From the NCBI GenBank assembly GCA_963757055.1, contig CAVWPX010000008.1, forward strand, positions 272,298 to 336,297: a stretch of 64,000 nucleotides of DNA, in the 5' to 3' direction. The stretch's first letter is position 1, and every line of letters starts with the position of its first letter. A program made the position numbers and the translations under genes. This DNA comes from an uncultured Chloroflexia bacterium (lineage in GTDB: Bacteria; Chloroflexota; Limnocylindria; Limnocylindrales; CSP1-4). A model generated the notes under the pieces. The model was given only the letters and a program-made list of their open reading frames with translations, was not told where the DNA came from and ran no database searches. This document shows, one piece after another, positions 18,878-28,198 of this stretch.

Positions 18878-20134
18878 TCAGTCGAGTCGTCGACCCGGCT
18901 GCGGGAACCGTCGGCACAGCGCAGCGACCTGCTCCCGTGCGCGGGCGGCCACGCGCGCATCGTCGATCGAATGGAGGATGGTCGCGATCAGGCCGGCGAT
19001 CTCGAGGATCTCCGGGCGGCGCATGCCGCGAAGGCTGACCCCGGGCGTCCCGATCCGGATGCCGCTCGTCTGGCGGATCGGGGCCGGATCGAACGGGATG
19101 GCATTTCGGTTGCAGACGATCCCGACCGCTTCGAGGGCGGCCTCGGCGCGGTCGCCGGTCAACCCGTTCTCCCGCAGGTCCAGCAGCACCAGGTGGTTGT
19201 CCGTCCCGCCCGACACGGATCGGAACCCGGCGTCGGCCAGGGCGCCGGCGAGCGCTGCGGCGTTGTCCACCGTCGCCTGCTGGATGTCGCGGAACTCCCC
19301 CGTCCGGGCGTAGGCGAAGCAGACGGCCTTGCCGGCGATCTGCCCCATCGACGGTGTCCCCTGGGTCCCAGGAAAGACCGCGCGATCGATGGCCTTCGCG
19401 TGCTCGGCGTCGCAGAGGACGATCCCGCCGTGCGGGCCAAGGAGCGTCTTGTAGGTGGTCGACGTCACGAACTGGGCGTGCGGGACCGGGCTCGGAAGGA
19501 CGCCGGCGGCCACCAACCCCGAGATGTGCGACATGTCGACGAGCAGTGGCGCCGCGACCTCGTCGGCGATCGAGCGGAGCAGGGCGTAGTCGATGGCGCG
19601 GGGGTACGAGCTGCCGCCCGCGACGATGAGCCTCGGCCGATGCGCGAGCGATACGTCGCGGACCTGGTCGTAGTCGATCAGCTCCGTATCGGCGCGCACG
19701 CCGTACTGCCGGAAATCGTAGATGGCGCCCGTGATCGACGCCGACGCGCCATGCGACAGGTGACCGCCGTGCCGGAGGTCCATGCTCACGACCCGGTCGC
19801 CGGGTGCGAGGAGGGCTGCATACACCGCGACATTCGCCTGGACGCCCGAGTGCGGCTGCACATTCGCATGCCCGGCACCGAACAGCTCGGTCGCACGCGC
19901 GATCGCCAGCTCCTCGAGCTCGTCGGCGACCTCGCAGCCGCGGTGGTAGCGCCGCCCGGGATACCCCTCGGCCGGTTTGTTGTTGAACACCGACCCCAGC
20001 GCCCGGAGCACGGCGGGCGGCGCCGTGGATTCGGCCGCGACCATGTTCAGCGTGGCGTCCTGACGGGCGGCTTCCCGCTCGATGAGCGTCGAGACCACCG
20101 GGTCATCGAACGTGGTCGCGGCGATGAGCGACAT
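18878..20134 (-). CDS. glyA: serine hydroxymethyltransferase-family PLP enzyme (divergent)
   Basis: 418 aa: NMVAAESTAPPAVLRALGSVFNNKPAEGYPGRRYHRGCE..HANVQPHSGVQANV..VTSTTYKTLLGPHGG. Several canonical SHMT residues differ (see finding). Confidence 0.8.
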   Translation of the reverse strand: MSLIAATTFDDPVVSTLIEREAARQDATLNMVAAESTAPPAVLRALGSVFNNKPAEGYPGRRYHRGCEVADELEELAIARATELFGAGHANVQPHSGVQANVAVYAALLAPGDRVVSMDLRHGGHLSHGASASITGAIYDFRQYGVRADTELIDYDQVRDVSLAHRPRLIVAGGSSYPRAIDYALLRSIADEVAAPLLVDMSHISGLVAAGVLPSPVPHAQFVTSTTYKTLLGPHGGIVLCDAEHAKAIDRAVFPGTQGTPSMGQIAGKAVCFAYARTGEFRDIQQATVDNAAALAGALADAGFRSVSGGTDNHLVLLDLRENGLTGDRAEAALEAVGIVCNRNAIPFDPAPIRQTSGIRIGTPGVSLRGMRRPEILEIAGLIATILHSIDDARVAARAREQVAALCRRFPQPGRRLD

Positions 20135-20275
20135 CGGTCGTCCCTCTTGTCCGGGTGGGTCGCCTGACCCTCCTGATCGGAGGCTACCCGATGTCGGTGG
20201 CGCGACGGAGCGGCCGCCCGCACCGCCCTCGACCGGCTACGCTCCTGCTTAGCCGCCTGCTCGGAGGACGAACCG

Positions 20276-21175
20276 ATGGCATCACCCCAGACCGGGATCT
20301 TCGCCCTTGGCACGTCCTCGCACGCCTGGCTCGAGTTCGACGTGCTCGCATCCGCCTCGCCGGGCGATGCCGTCGCCCTCGTCGCCTCGCTGCGCGAGCC
20401 GCGGACCACCATCGACGGTGTCAACCTCGTGGTGGGCTACCGGCCGGAGGTCTGGGCATCGGTCGCGCCTGACGCCGCGCCGCCCGGGGCGCACGGCTTC
20501 GATGAGCCGGTCACCGGCCCCACGGGCAAGGTCATGCCGGCGACCCAGCACGACATCGTGGTCTGGCTGACCGGGCCTGGCTACGACGTCGTCTTCGACG
20601 TGTCGCGGGCGATCGTCGCGGCGCTCGCGGGTCACGCGAGGCTCACGCACGAGATCGTCGGCTGGCCGTACCACCACGACCGCGACCTGACCGGGTTCAT
20701 CGACGGGACCGAGAACCCCAGCCTGATCGAGGCGATGGCGCTCGCCCTGATCCCCGAGGGCGAGCCCGGTGCCGGCGGCTCGATCCTCCTGCTCCAGCAG
20801 TGGGAGCACGACATCTCGAGCTGGGAGGCGCTCTCGACGGAGGGCCAGGAGGCCGTGATCGGCCGCCGCAAGATGGACAGCGTGGAGCTGGACCCGCGAC
20901 CCGAGGGATCCCATGTGGCCCGGACCGACCAGGACGCCTTCGGCGACATCTTCCGGCGGAACATCGCGTACGGCTCGGTGACCACGCACGGGACGATCTT
21001 CGTCGGGTTCAGCGCGACCCAGGCCGTGCTCGCCGGGATGCTCGACAACATGGTCGGCCGGCCGGGGGGCCTGATCGACGACCTGATGAAGTTCACGACG
21101 CCGCTGACGGGCGGCTACTACGTGGTCCCCTCGGGCGACCGGCTCGCGGCGTTCGGCGGCGACGAGCGGGCCTGA
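20276..21175 (+). CDS. Dyp-type (dye-decolorizing) peroxidase
   Basis: QTGIFALGTSSHAWLEFD..DRDLTGFIDGTENP..HVARTDQ..IFRRNIAYG. Confidence 0.88.
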   Translation: MASPQTGIFALGTSSHAWLEFDVLASASPGDAVALVASLREPRTTIDGVNLVVGYRPEVWASVAPDAAPPGAHGFDEPVTGPTGKVMPATQHDIVVWLTGPGYDVVFDVSRAIVAALAGHARLTHEIVGWPYHHDRDLTGFIDGTENPSLIEAMALALIPEGEPGAGGSILLLQQWEHDISSWEALSTEGQEAVIGRRKMDSVELDPRPEGSHVARTDQDAFGDIFRRNIAYGSVTTHGTIFVGFSATQAVLAGMLDNMVGRPGGLIDDLMKFTTPLTGGYYVVPSGDRLAAFGGDERA

Positions 21176-21192
21176 CCCGGCCGGCGGCGAAT

Positions 21193-21690
21193 CTACGCCA
21201 GGTCCATCTCCATGAACACGACGACCGGACGGAAGCGCTCCGGGAAGCCGTCGGGTGCGGGCACCTCGCGGAAGCCGACGCCACGGTAGAGGTCGTGCGC
21301 CCGCGTCATCGTGATGTGGCTGTCGAGTACGAGGTGTCGATAGCCGGCGACGCGCGCCTCGGCCACGAGTCGCTCCACGAGGTGGCGGCCGATCTCGTGA
21401 CCGCGCGCCTCCGGTCGCACGTACAGCCGTTTCAGCTCGCCGGTATCGTCGTGGTGGGGCTTCAGCGCGAAGCAGCCGGCCGCCTCGCCGTCGAGGGTTG
21501 CGAGGAGCAATCGGCCGCGGGGTGGCCCGTAGACGCCCGGGAGCGTCGCCAGCTCGCGCTCGAGGCCCTGGAACGTCGGCGCCTCGTCGCTGTCCTTCTC
21601 GAGCGTCATGACCCATGTCGTGAACTCGCGGAGGATGGCGCCGACGGCGGCGATCTCGTCGGGCGTCCGGACCTGGTCGATCGTCAGCAC
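21193..21690 (-). CDS. GNAT-family N-acetyltransferase
   Basis: 165 aa. Acetyl-CoA motif: LYVRPEARGHEIGRHLVERLVAEARVAGY. Confidence 0.85.
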   Translation of the reverse strand: MLTIDQVRTPDEIAAVGAILREFTTWVMTLEKDSDEAPTFQGLERELATLPGVYGPPRGRLLLATLDGEAAGCFALKPHHDDTGELKRLYVRPEARGHEIGRHLVERLVAEARVAGYRHLVLDSHITMTRAHDLYRGVGFREVPAPDGFPERFRPVVVFMEMDLA

Positions 21691-21699
21691 CGGGCGATG

Positions 21700-22308
21700 C
21701 TACTCGGTCGCGGCGTGCTTCGACTTCGACTTGGGCTTCGACTTCGACCGACGGGCGGCCCCGTTGAGGAACAGCGTCGCGACCACGTCACTCGCCTCGT
21801 CGATCCCGAGCGTTCCCGGGAGCCCGGCGTCCATCGCGGCGATGGCCAGGCCGGCGAGTGACCGGCTCAGGAGGGCGGGGTCCAGCCCGCGCCGGACGGT
21901 GCCGTCGTCGATCCCACGCTGGAGGATGGCCCGCGACGGTGCCCAGACGACCCGCTCCATCTCGGCGCTCAAGTCCGATCCGGGGATCCCGGCTGGATGG
22001 CGTGTCAGCAGCACGAGCGCGTCGCTGGCCTCGAGGAACGAGCGCACGAGCCGTTCGATCGCGTCCAGGGCGGTCGCGTCGTCCCGGCCCGCGTCACCGA
22101 TCCGCGACGCGAGCACCTCCAGCGCCTCGGCTGTGAGCGCCGCCACGAGGACCTCTCTCGTCGGGAAGTACCGATAGACGGTGGCCCGTCCGACACCCGA
22201 GGCCGCCGCGATCTCGGCCATCGTGGCGTCGGGCCGCTCTGCGAGCACCGAGATCGCCATCGCCAGGATGGCCGAGGACGTCTCAGCGTGGCGGGAGGCG
22301 GTCGTCAC
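21700..22308 (-). CDS. TetR/AcrR-family transcriptional regulator
   Basis: HTH: ATMAEIAAASGVGRATVYRYFPTRE. GTG 22308 is preferred because the upstream in-frame ATG 22371 lies inside the operator palindromes. Lys-rich tail RRSKSKPKSKSKH. Confidence 0.85.
   Translation of the reverse strand: MTTASRHAETSSAILAMAISVLAERPDATMAEIAAASGVGRATVYRYFPTREVLVAALTAEALEVLASRIGDAGRDDATALDAIERLVRSFLEASDALVLLTRHPAGIPGSDLSAEMERVVWAPSRAILQRGIDDGTVRRGLDPALLSRSLAGLAIAAMDAGLPGTLGIDEASDVVATLFLNGAARRSKSKPKSKSKHAATE
21718..21747. repeat. hexanucleotide repeat CTTCGA x4 (+ CTTGGG variant)
   Basis: CTTCGACTTCGACTTGGGCTTCGACTTCGA encodes the SKSKPKSKSK tail of the TetR protein. Confidence 0.9.
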
Positions 22309-22328
22309 GCGATCATCGTAGCAGAAGT

Positions 22329-22378
22329 GAGACAATGCTGTCTCATCACAGAGACATGCTGAGACATGCATGTCTCAG
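22329..22378. promoter_or_regulatory. operator array: five GAGACA/TGTCTC half-sites, including a perfect 20-bp palindrome
   Basis: GAGACAatgcTGTCTCatcacaGAGACAtgCTGAGACATGCATGTCTCAG lies in the TetR / thioredoxin-like divergent intergenic region. Confidence 0.65.
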
Positions 22379-22451
22379 CCGCAGCGGACGCAGGATCGCA
22401 CGGGTACGCGATGATGCGTCGCACACGACCCGAATCAAGCGAGGACCTGCC

Positions 22452-23467
22452 GTGATCCGCTCGTTCGCCCATCGACCGGCCGACGACGCGCCGGCCCTGC
22501 CCGTCGAAGGGCAGCTTGGCTCGTTCGACGGCGCGACGAGCTGGATCAACTCGGACCCGCTGACCGCGGAAGGCCTGCGGGGGCGGGTCGTCCTGGTCGA
22601 CTTCTGGACCTACACGTGCGTCAACTGGCTCCGCACGCTGCCATACCGGCGGGCGTGGGCCGCGAAGTACGCGCCGGCCGGCCTGACCGTCATCGGCGTG
22701 CACACGCCCGAGTTCGGCTTCGAGCGCGACCTCGACAACGTCGTCCCGCGGACGCGCGCGCTCGGGGTCGAGTACCCGGTCGCGGTCGACAGCGCCTACG
22801 GCGTCTGGCGCGCCTTCGACAACCACTTCTGGCCGGCGATCTATCTCGCCGACACGCAGGGCCGGATCCGCTACCACCATTTCGGTGAGGGCGAGTACGC
22901 GATGACCGAGATGGTCGTCCAGCAGCTCCTGATCGACGCCGGGGCGCCGGACGTCGACCAGGACCTGGTCGACGTCGATGCCGCAGGGCCTCGAGGTCGC
23001 CGCGGACTGGCGGACGCTCCGGTCGCCCGAGACGTACGTCGGCTACGGCCAGGCGACCGGCTTCGCGTCGGCCGAACTGGCCGCGTTCGACCAGCCGCAT
23101 GCGATACGCGGCGGCCGCGGCGCTCCCGCTCAACGCCTGGGACCTGACCGGGACCTGGACCGTCGCGCGGCACGCCGGGATCCTCGACGAGCCCGGCGGG
23201 CGCATCGCCTTCCAGTTCCAGGCCCGCGACGTCAACCTCGTGATGGGCCCGGCGACGCGTGGTGCGTCCATCCCGTTCCGGGTCTACCTCGACGGGCGCC
23301 TCGCCACCGACGCGGTCGGGACCGATGTGGCCGGCGACGCCAGCGGGCTCGTGGACGCACAGCGCACGTACCAGCTCATCCGCCAGCCGGGGGCGATCGC
23401 CGAGCGCCGATTCGAGATCGAGTTCCTCGGTGCCGGCGTCGAGGCGTACTGCTTCACATTCGGCTGA
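22452..23467 (+). pseudogene. thioredoxin-like (DipZ C-terminal-type) protein; two frame interruptions
   Basis: GTG 22452 follows GCGAGGA. The segments are RGRVVLVDFWTYTCVNWLRTLPY..VIGVHTPEFGFERDLDNV..FWPAIYLADTQGRIRYHHFGEGEY / PQGLEVAADWRTLRSPETYVGYGQATGF / YAAAAALPLNAWDLTGTWTV..FRVYLDG..RRFEIEFLGAGVEAYCFTFG, in successive frames (about 22975, 23100). Confidence 0.7.
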
Positions 23468-23510
23468 TCGCGCAGGCGCAGAAGTGGCCCGGATGGCGTA
23501 GCGTGGCGTC

Positions 23511-23963
23511 GTGACCCGGGAAGCCGAAGACCTGAACCGGCGCCTGCTGCGCGCCCGCGACGCCATGGACCGTTCCTACGCGGAACCGCTCGACGTCCGC
23601 ACGGTCGCGGCGGTGGCGCACATCTCCGAGGCGCACTTCAGCCGGTGCTTCCGCCAGGTGTTCGGGGAGACGCCGCACCGCTACCTGCAGCGGCGGCGGG
23701 TCGAGCGGTCGATGTTCCTGCTCCGCGAGACCGACCGCAGCGTCACCGACATCTGCTTCGACGTCGGCTTCGGCAGCCTGGGGACGTTCAGCCGCACGTT
23801 CCGCCGGATCGTGGGAGAGACGCCGTCGACGTACCGCCTGGGCCACGGCCCGGTGGTCGCGCCGCATTGCGTGCAGCTGGCGGCGATGCGGCCACGGATC
23901 GCGGCCGATGAGACGGTGGGATCGAGCAGGTTCGGAGAAGCCGCCACGGCGATGGTCCCGTAG
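23511..23963 (+). CDS. AraC/XylS-family HTH regulator (short)
   Basis: VAAVAHISEAHFSRCFRQVFGETPHRYL..ICFDVGFGSLGTFSRTFRRIVGETPSTY. Confidence 0.85.
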   Translation: MTREAEDLNRRLLRARDAMDRSYAEPLDVRTVAAVAHISEAHFSRCFRQVFGETPHRYLQRRRVERSMFLLRETDRSVTDICFDVGFGSLGTFSRTFRRIVGETPSTYRLGHGPVVAPHCVQLAAMRPRIAADETVGSSRFGEAATAMVP

Positions 23964-24005
23964 GGTGACGGTCGTCCCCGCACCGAACCCGCAGAGGAGA
24001 GACCC

Positions 24006-24437
24006 GTGATCACCAGCCTCAACGTCGCCTCGATCTATGTCCTGGACAAGGAGGAGGCCCTCGACTTCTATGTCAACAAGCTCGGGCTCGAGAAAGGCAA
24101 CGACGTGCGCCAAGGCGACTATCGCTGGCTCACCGTTCGCGTCCCCGGGCAGCCGGGCACCGAGGTCTCGCTGGAGCAGCCCGGGTCGCCATTGCATGAC
24201 GACGCCACGGCGGCCCAGCTTCGCGAGCTGATCACGAAGGGAGCACTGGGCGGCCTGGTCTTCATCACGGACGACGCGAAGGCGCTCTACGAGACGCTCA
24301 AGGAACGCGGCGTCACCGATTTCACGCAGGAACCCACCGAGCACTTCTACGGCACGGACATGGGGGTGCGCGACCCGTTCGGAAACCCGATCCGCATCCT
24401 CCAGCAGGGAAAGGCCCAGCGAGGCGGGACGGCCTGA
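24006..24437 (+). CDS. VOC/glyoxalase-family protein
   Basis: ASIYVLDKEEALDFYVNKLGLE..FYGTDMGVRDPFGNPIRI. Confidence 0.8.
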   Translation: MITSLNVASIYVLDKEEALDFYVNKLGLEKGNDVRQGDYRWLTVRVPGQPGTEVSLEQPGSPLHDDATAAQLRELITKGALGGLVFITDDAKALYETLKERGVTDFTQEPTEHFYGTDMGVRDPFGNPIRILQQGKAQRGGTA

Positions 24438-24583
24438 CATGGCCGGAGGACTCGGCTTACGTGACTCCGCCGGCGTCCTTCGTGAACAGCGATCGGGGAT
24501 GCCTCAGGTGTGACGCGTTTTTGCAAGACATGCCGCGGCCTCTGCGGTCAAGCCTGCGACGTCCCACATCCACCGTCTCGAAT

Positions 24584-25108
24584 ATGACCTCGGCACACCG
24601 ACCGGGCCGCATCGGGCGGGCCCCGCGACGCTTCGGCAACCAGCGCCTGACCAACATCGCGATCGCCGCCATCCCGCTGCTGGTCGGCGCGGGCGGAGCC
24701 GCGGCGAGCCGTCCCGGTATCCGCGACTGGTACCGGACGATCCAACGCCCCGACTGGGATCCGCCGGACCGGGTCTTCGGTCCCGTCTGGACAGCCCTCT
24801 ACGCGATGATGGGCGTCGCGCTCGTCGAGGTGGTTCGGTCGGACCGTGAGCGCATCGCTCGTCAGATGGGGCTCGGACTGTTCGCGGTCCAGCTGCTCCT
24901 GAACTTCGGCTGGTCATGGATCTTCTTCGTCGAGCACGACCTGCGCGGAGCGCTCATCGAGATCATCGCGCTTTGGCTGGCGATCGTCGCGACCACCGTC
25001 GCCTTCGGCACTACCAGCCGTCGCGCCGGGCTCCTGCTTCTCCCATACCTTGGATGGGTCTCGTTCGCGGCGATACTGACCGCCGAGATCTGGCGCTTGA
25101 ACCGCTAG
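24584..25108 (+). CDS. tspO: TspO/MBR tryptophan-rich sensory protein
   Basis: WYRTIQRPDWDPPDRVFGPVWTALYAMMGVA..LLLNFGWSWIFF..LLLPYLGWVSFAAILT. ATG 24584 gives about 174 aa. Confidence 0.85.
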   Translation: MTSAHRPGRIGRAPRRFGNQRLTNIAIAAIPLLVGAGGAAASRPGIRDWYRTIQRPDWDPPDRVFGPVWTALYAMMGVALVEVVRSDRERIARQMGLGLFAVQLLLNFGWSWIFFVEHDLRGALIEIIALWLAIVATTVAFGTTSRRAGLLLLPYLGWVSFAAILTAEIWRLNR

Positions 25109-25210
25109 CCCCATCCGGGCGCGTCGATCGTTTGCGCGACTCGGATGACGGAATGTCACGACGCGCCCCCGAGTGCGTCAGCATTGCGCGCCGAGCGTGG
25201 AAGTCGCCGG

Positions 25211-25396
25211 TCACGCCTTCCCGGCATACTCCTGGCTGTGCTCCTGGCGGTCCTTCGCCTCGGTCCGCTCCATGATCTCGAGCGTCTCGGCGACCGATCG
25301 GCCGTTCTCGTCGGCGGCCCGCTTGATGTCCTCGTAGGTGATGTTCGACTCGCCCATCTCGAGATGGGCATCCATGCAGCCACAGGTCAGACACAT
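25211..25396 (-). CDS. small CxxCxC-motif protein, unknown function
   Basis: AAGGAG lies 8 nt upstream of ATG 25396. Translation: MCLTCGCMDAHLEMGESNITYEDIKRAADENGRSVAETLEIMERTEAKDRQEH... Confidence 0.6.
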   Translation of the reverse strand: MCLTCGCMDAHLEMGESNITYEDIKRAADENGRSVAETLEIMERTEAKDRQEHSQEYAGKA

Positions 25397-25521
25397 CGCG
25401 ATCGACTCCTTTCGATGTGCCCCCACGTTCGTCCGAGCGACGCCGATGCGGCGCGGTCGAACCTGCCGTTCTCGTGACAGCGGCGTGCCAATGTCGACGC
25501 GCCGTGGAGGCGCGCGAGCCC

Positions 25522-26160
25522 CTAGGTGCGGCGCGGGACCAGGAGCCCGCGCTCGTAGCCGGCCGCGACCGCCGCGGCGCGGTCGTTGACGTCGAGCTTC
25601 GCGTAGATGTGGAGGAGGTGCGTCTTGACCGTCGCCTCCGAGATGAACAGGCGGGCCGCGGCGCCGCGGTTCGTCTCCCCCTGGGCGATGAGCGTCAGGA
25701 CCTCGAGCTCTCGTTCGCTGAGCGCGTCATGCGCCGGCGCCCGCAGCTGGCTCACGAGCCGGGTGGCGACCGATGGCGCGAGGACCGCCTCATCGCGGGC
25801 GGCGGCGCGGATCGCGCGGACCAGCTGCTCCCGGGGCGCGTCCTTGAGCAGATAGCCGGTCGCACCGGCCTCGAGGGCGGGCACGACGTCGCTGTCCGAG
25901 TCGTAGGTCGTGAGCACGAGCACGCGGGCCTCGGCGCCCTGCTCGGCGAGCTGGCGGATGGCGGCGGCGCCGCCCATGCCCGGCATCCGCAGGTCCATCA
26001 GGATGACGTCCGGCCGGAGCGGTCCGACGAGGCGCAGCGCCTCGGCGCCGTCCGCGGCCTCGCCCACGACCTCGAGGTCCGGGTCGCCGGCGAGCATCCC
26101 GCGCAGGCCGTCACGGACGACCGGGTGGTCGTCGACGATCAGCAGCCGGATGGGGCTCAC
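25522..26160 (-). CDS. NarL/LuxR-family response regulator
   Basis: GTG 26160 overlaps the kinase stop (GTGA). Receiver domain: IRLLIVDDHPVVRDGL..DVILMDLRMPGMGG. HTH: LSERELEVLTLIAQGETNRGAAARLFISEATVKTHLLHIY. Confidence 0.9.
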   Translation of the reverse strand: MSPIRLLIVDDHPVVRDGLRGMLAGDPDLEVVGEAADGAEALRLVGPLRPDVILMDLRMPGMGGAAAIRQLAEQGAEARVLVLTTYDSDSDVVPALEAGATGYLLKDAPREQLVRAIRAAARDEAVLAPSVATRLVSQLRAPAHDALSERELEVLTLIAQGETNRGAAARLFISEATVKTHLLHIYAKLDVNDRAAAVAAGYERGLLVPRRT

Positions 26161-27405
26161 GGCGCGGCGACGACCGACGCGGTCCCGGCCGCGATCGCCG
26201 GCACGCGGGCCGAGACGGCCGTCCCGCCGCCCGGCTCCGATTCGATCGCGAGCGAGCCGGCGACGCGGGCCACCCGCTGGCGCATCGCCGCTCAGCCCGA
26301 ACCCGGCGCCGTCCCCGGACCCGGGCTCGTCGACGTGGAAGCCCGTCCCGTCGTCGCGGACGTCGAGGGTCACGACGTCGCCCATGTAGGACAGCGTGAG
26401 CCAGGCGTGCGCGGCACCAGCATGGCGGGCGACGTTGGCGAGCGCCTCCTGGGCGATCCGCAGGAGCGCGACCTCGATCTCGGGATGGAGCGCGACGACC
26501 TCACCGGTGACGGTGACCGCGACCGGGACCGTGTTCATCTCGGACCATTCGCGGGCGACATCGGCGATGGCGTCCGGCAGCGTCCCGGCCTCGAGGGCGG
26601 TGGGCATCGAGGCTTCGACCGAGCGGCGCGCCTCGGTCAGGCTCTCGCGCGCCAGCCGCTCGGCGTTGTCGAGGTGCCGGTCCCGATCCGCCGGCCGGTC
26701 GCGGGCCTGGTCCGCCGCCTCGAGCTGCGTGACGATCCCGATGAGGCCCTGGGCGATGGTGTCGTGGATCTCGCGGGCCATGCGCTGCCGCTCGTCGAGC
26801 ACGCCCGCCTCGCGGGCCTGGGTGAGCAGCTGGGCGTGGAGGCCGGCATTCTCGATCGTCGCCGCCTCGAGTCGCGCGAGCGCCTGCCGCCGCTCCTCGT
26901 TCTGCTCGGTGATCCGCTCGCCGACGTACACCCCGGCGCCGATCACGACGGTCTGCACGCTGATGATCACGAGGTAGAAGGTCCACGCCTCGGTCGTCTG
27001 CGGCAGCCCGATGATGAGGCTGTTCACGAGGATCGACGTGGCGCCCACCCCGACGACCGCGAGCGGGAGCGGCCGCAGGTACGACGCGTAGAAGAAGCCG
27101 CTGATCATGAAGACGAAGAAGACCGGCTGGCGGAGCATGAGGATCGATGCGAGGACCAGCACGCCCACGAAGAACACGGCCATGCGCACGCGGTCGTCCC
27201 GCCGCGGCTCCGGCATCCGCGTGAAGAGGACGTAGATCCAGGCGGCGGCCGCCACGGCGATGGCGAGGGTGGTGAGCCGGTCGGTCGTGTCTCCCGGTCC
27301 TTCGAGGAGCCCGAGGATCGTCGCCACCGCGAGCAGGACGTACCCGCAGCGCGCGACCAGCGTGTCGCCGAAGCGCTCGAACGCCGGTTTCGTCGTCACG
27401 CTCAT
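26157..27405 (-). pseudogene. membrane sensor histidine kinase (HisKA_3 / NarX-LiaS type); one frame interruption near the C-terminus
   Basis: Five to six N-terminal TM helices. H-box: ERQRMAREIHDTIAQGL. HATPase domain: ALANVARHAGA..DDGTGF..GFGLSG. One base on (about 26285) it continues MRQRVARVAGSLAIESEPGGGTAVSARVP, with stop at 26157. Confidence 0.8.
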
Positions 27406-27463
27406 GGCGCAACGCTACTCCACGGGCCGGCCGGCGAACGGACGGGCGCCGGCGGCCGGCCCG

Positions 27464-28198
27464 TCACTCCCACCGGAACAGCCGCACGGCCAGCGAGCCG
27501 ACGACGACCGTCAGCACGGCCATGCCCAGGAGCGGCGCCAGCTGCGGCGCGGTCCCCATCCACGCGTCCTGGAGGCCCTGCACGCCGGGGGGCGTGAAGT
27601 CGCCGATCCGGATCAGGGCGTCCGGCAGGTACACCCGCGGCAGGTAGACGCCGCCCAGGAACATCACCGCGAAGAACATCGGGATGGCGATGGCCGTCGC
27701 CGCCCGGTTCGACGGGGCGACCGCCGCGACGAGGAGCCCGATGGCGAAGAGCGAGGTCATGCCGAGGAGGAACGCCGCGACATAGCCGATCGGCTGGCGG
27801 GGCAGCGGCACGTCGAACGCGATGTTCGCGACGATGACCAGCAGGACCAGGGCGACGACCGAGAGGACGAGGTAGATGGCGAGCTGCGCCGCCAGCAGCC
27901 GGACGGGATGCGCGGGCGTGGTCGAGAGGCGCCGGAGCACGCCCTTCTCGCGATACGTCGCGAGGCGGATCGGCAGCGTCTGGATGCCGAGCGTGCCGAC
28001 CGTGATGACCACGAGCGACGGCACGAACACGTCGATGAAGCGCAGGCCGCCGAGCGCGGGATCGGGGGCGCTCGGCCCGAAGATCGAGCCGAAGATCAGC
28101 AGGATGACGGTCGGCAGGGCGATGGCCGCGAGCCACGTGACGGGCTCCCGGAACACCAGCTTCGCCTCGATGGCGATGAGCGCGCGCAGCTCCTTCAT
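27464..28198 (-). CDS. ABC-2-type transporter permease
   Basis: ATG 28198 overlaps the ATPase stop (ATGA). 244 aa with six hydrophobic helices. Confidence 0.8.
   Translation of the reverse strand: MKELRALIAIEAKLVFREPVTWLAAIALPTVILLIFGSIFGPSAPDPALGGLRFIDVFVPSLVVITVGTLGIQTLPIRLATYREKGVLRRLSTTPAHPVRLLAAQLAIYLVLSVVALVLLVIVANIAFDVPLPRQPIGYVAAFLLGMTSLFAIGLLVAAVAPSNRAATAIAIPMFFAVMFLGGVYLPRVYLPDALIRIGDFTPPGVQGLQDAWMGTAPQLAPLLGMAVLTVVVGSLAVRLFRWE

Noticed and set aside
20135-20275. Possible ZTP, THF or glycine riboswitch in the 141-nt leader of the SHMT-like gene.
   Set aside because: I could not find the conserved cores (for example GGGUCGUGACUGGCG..CCGCCUGGGC for ZTP) on the relevant strand. The region is also shared with the divergent Dyp promoter.
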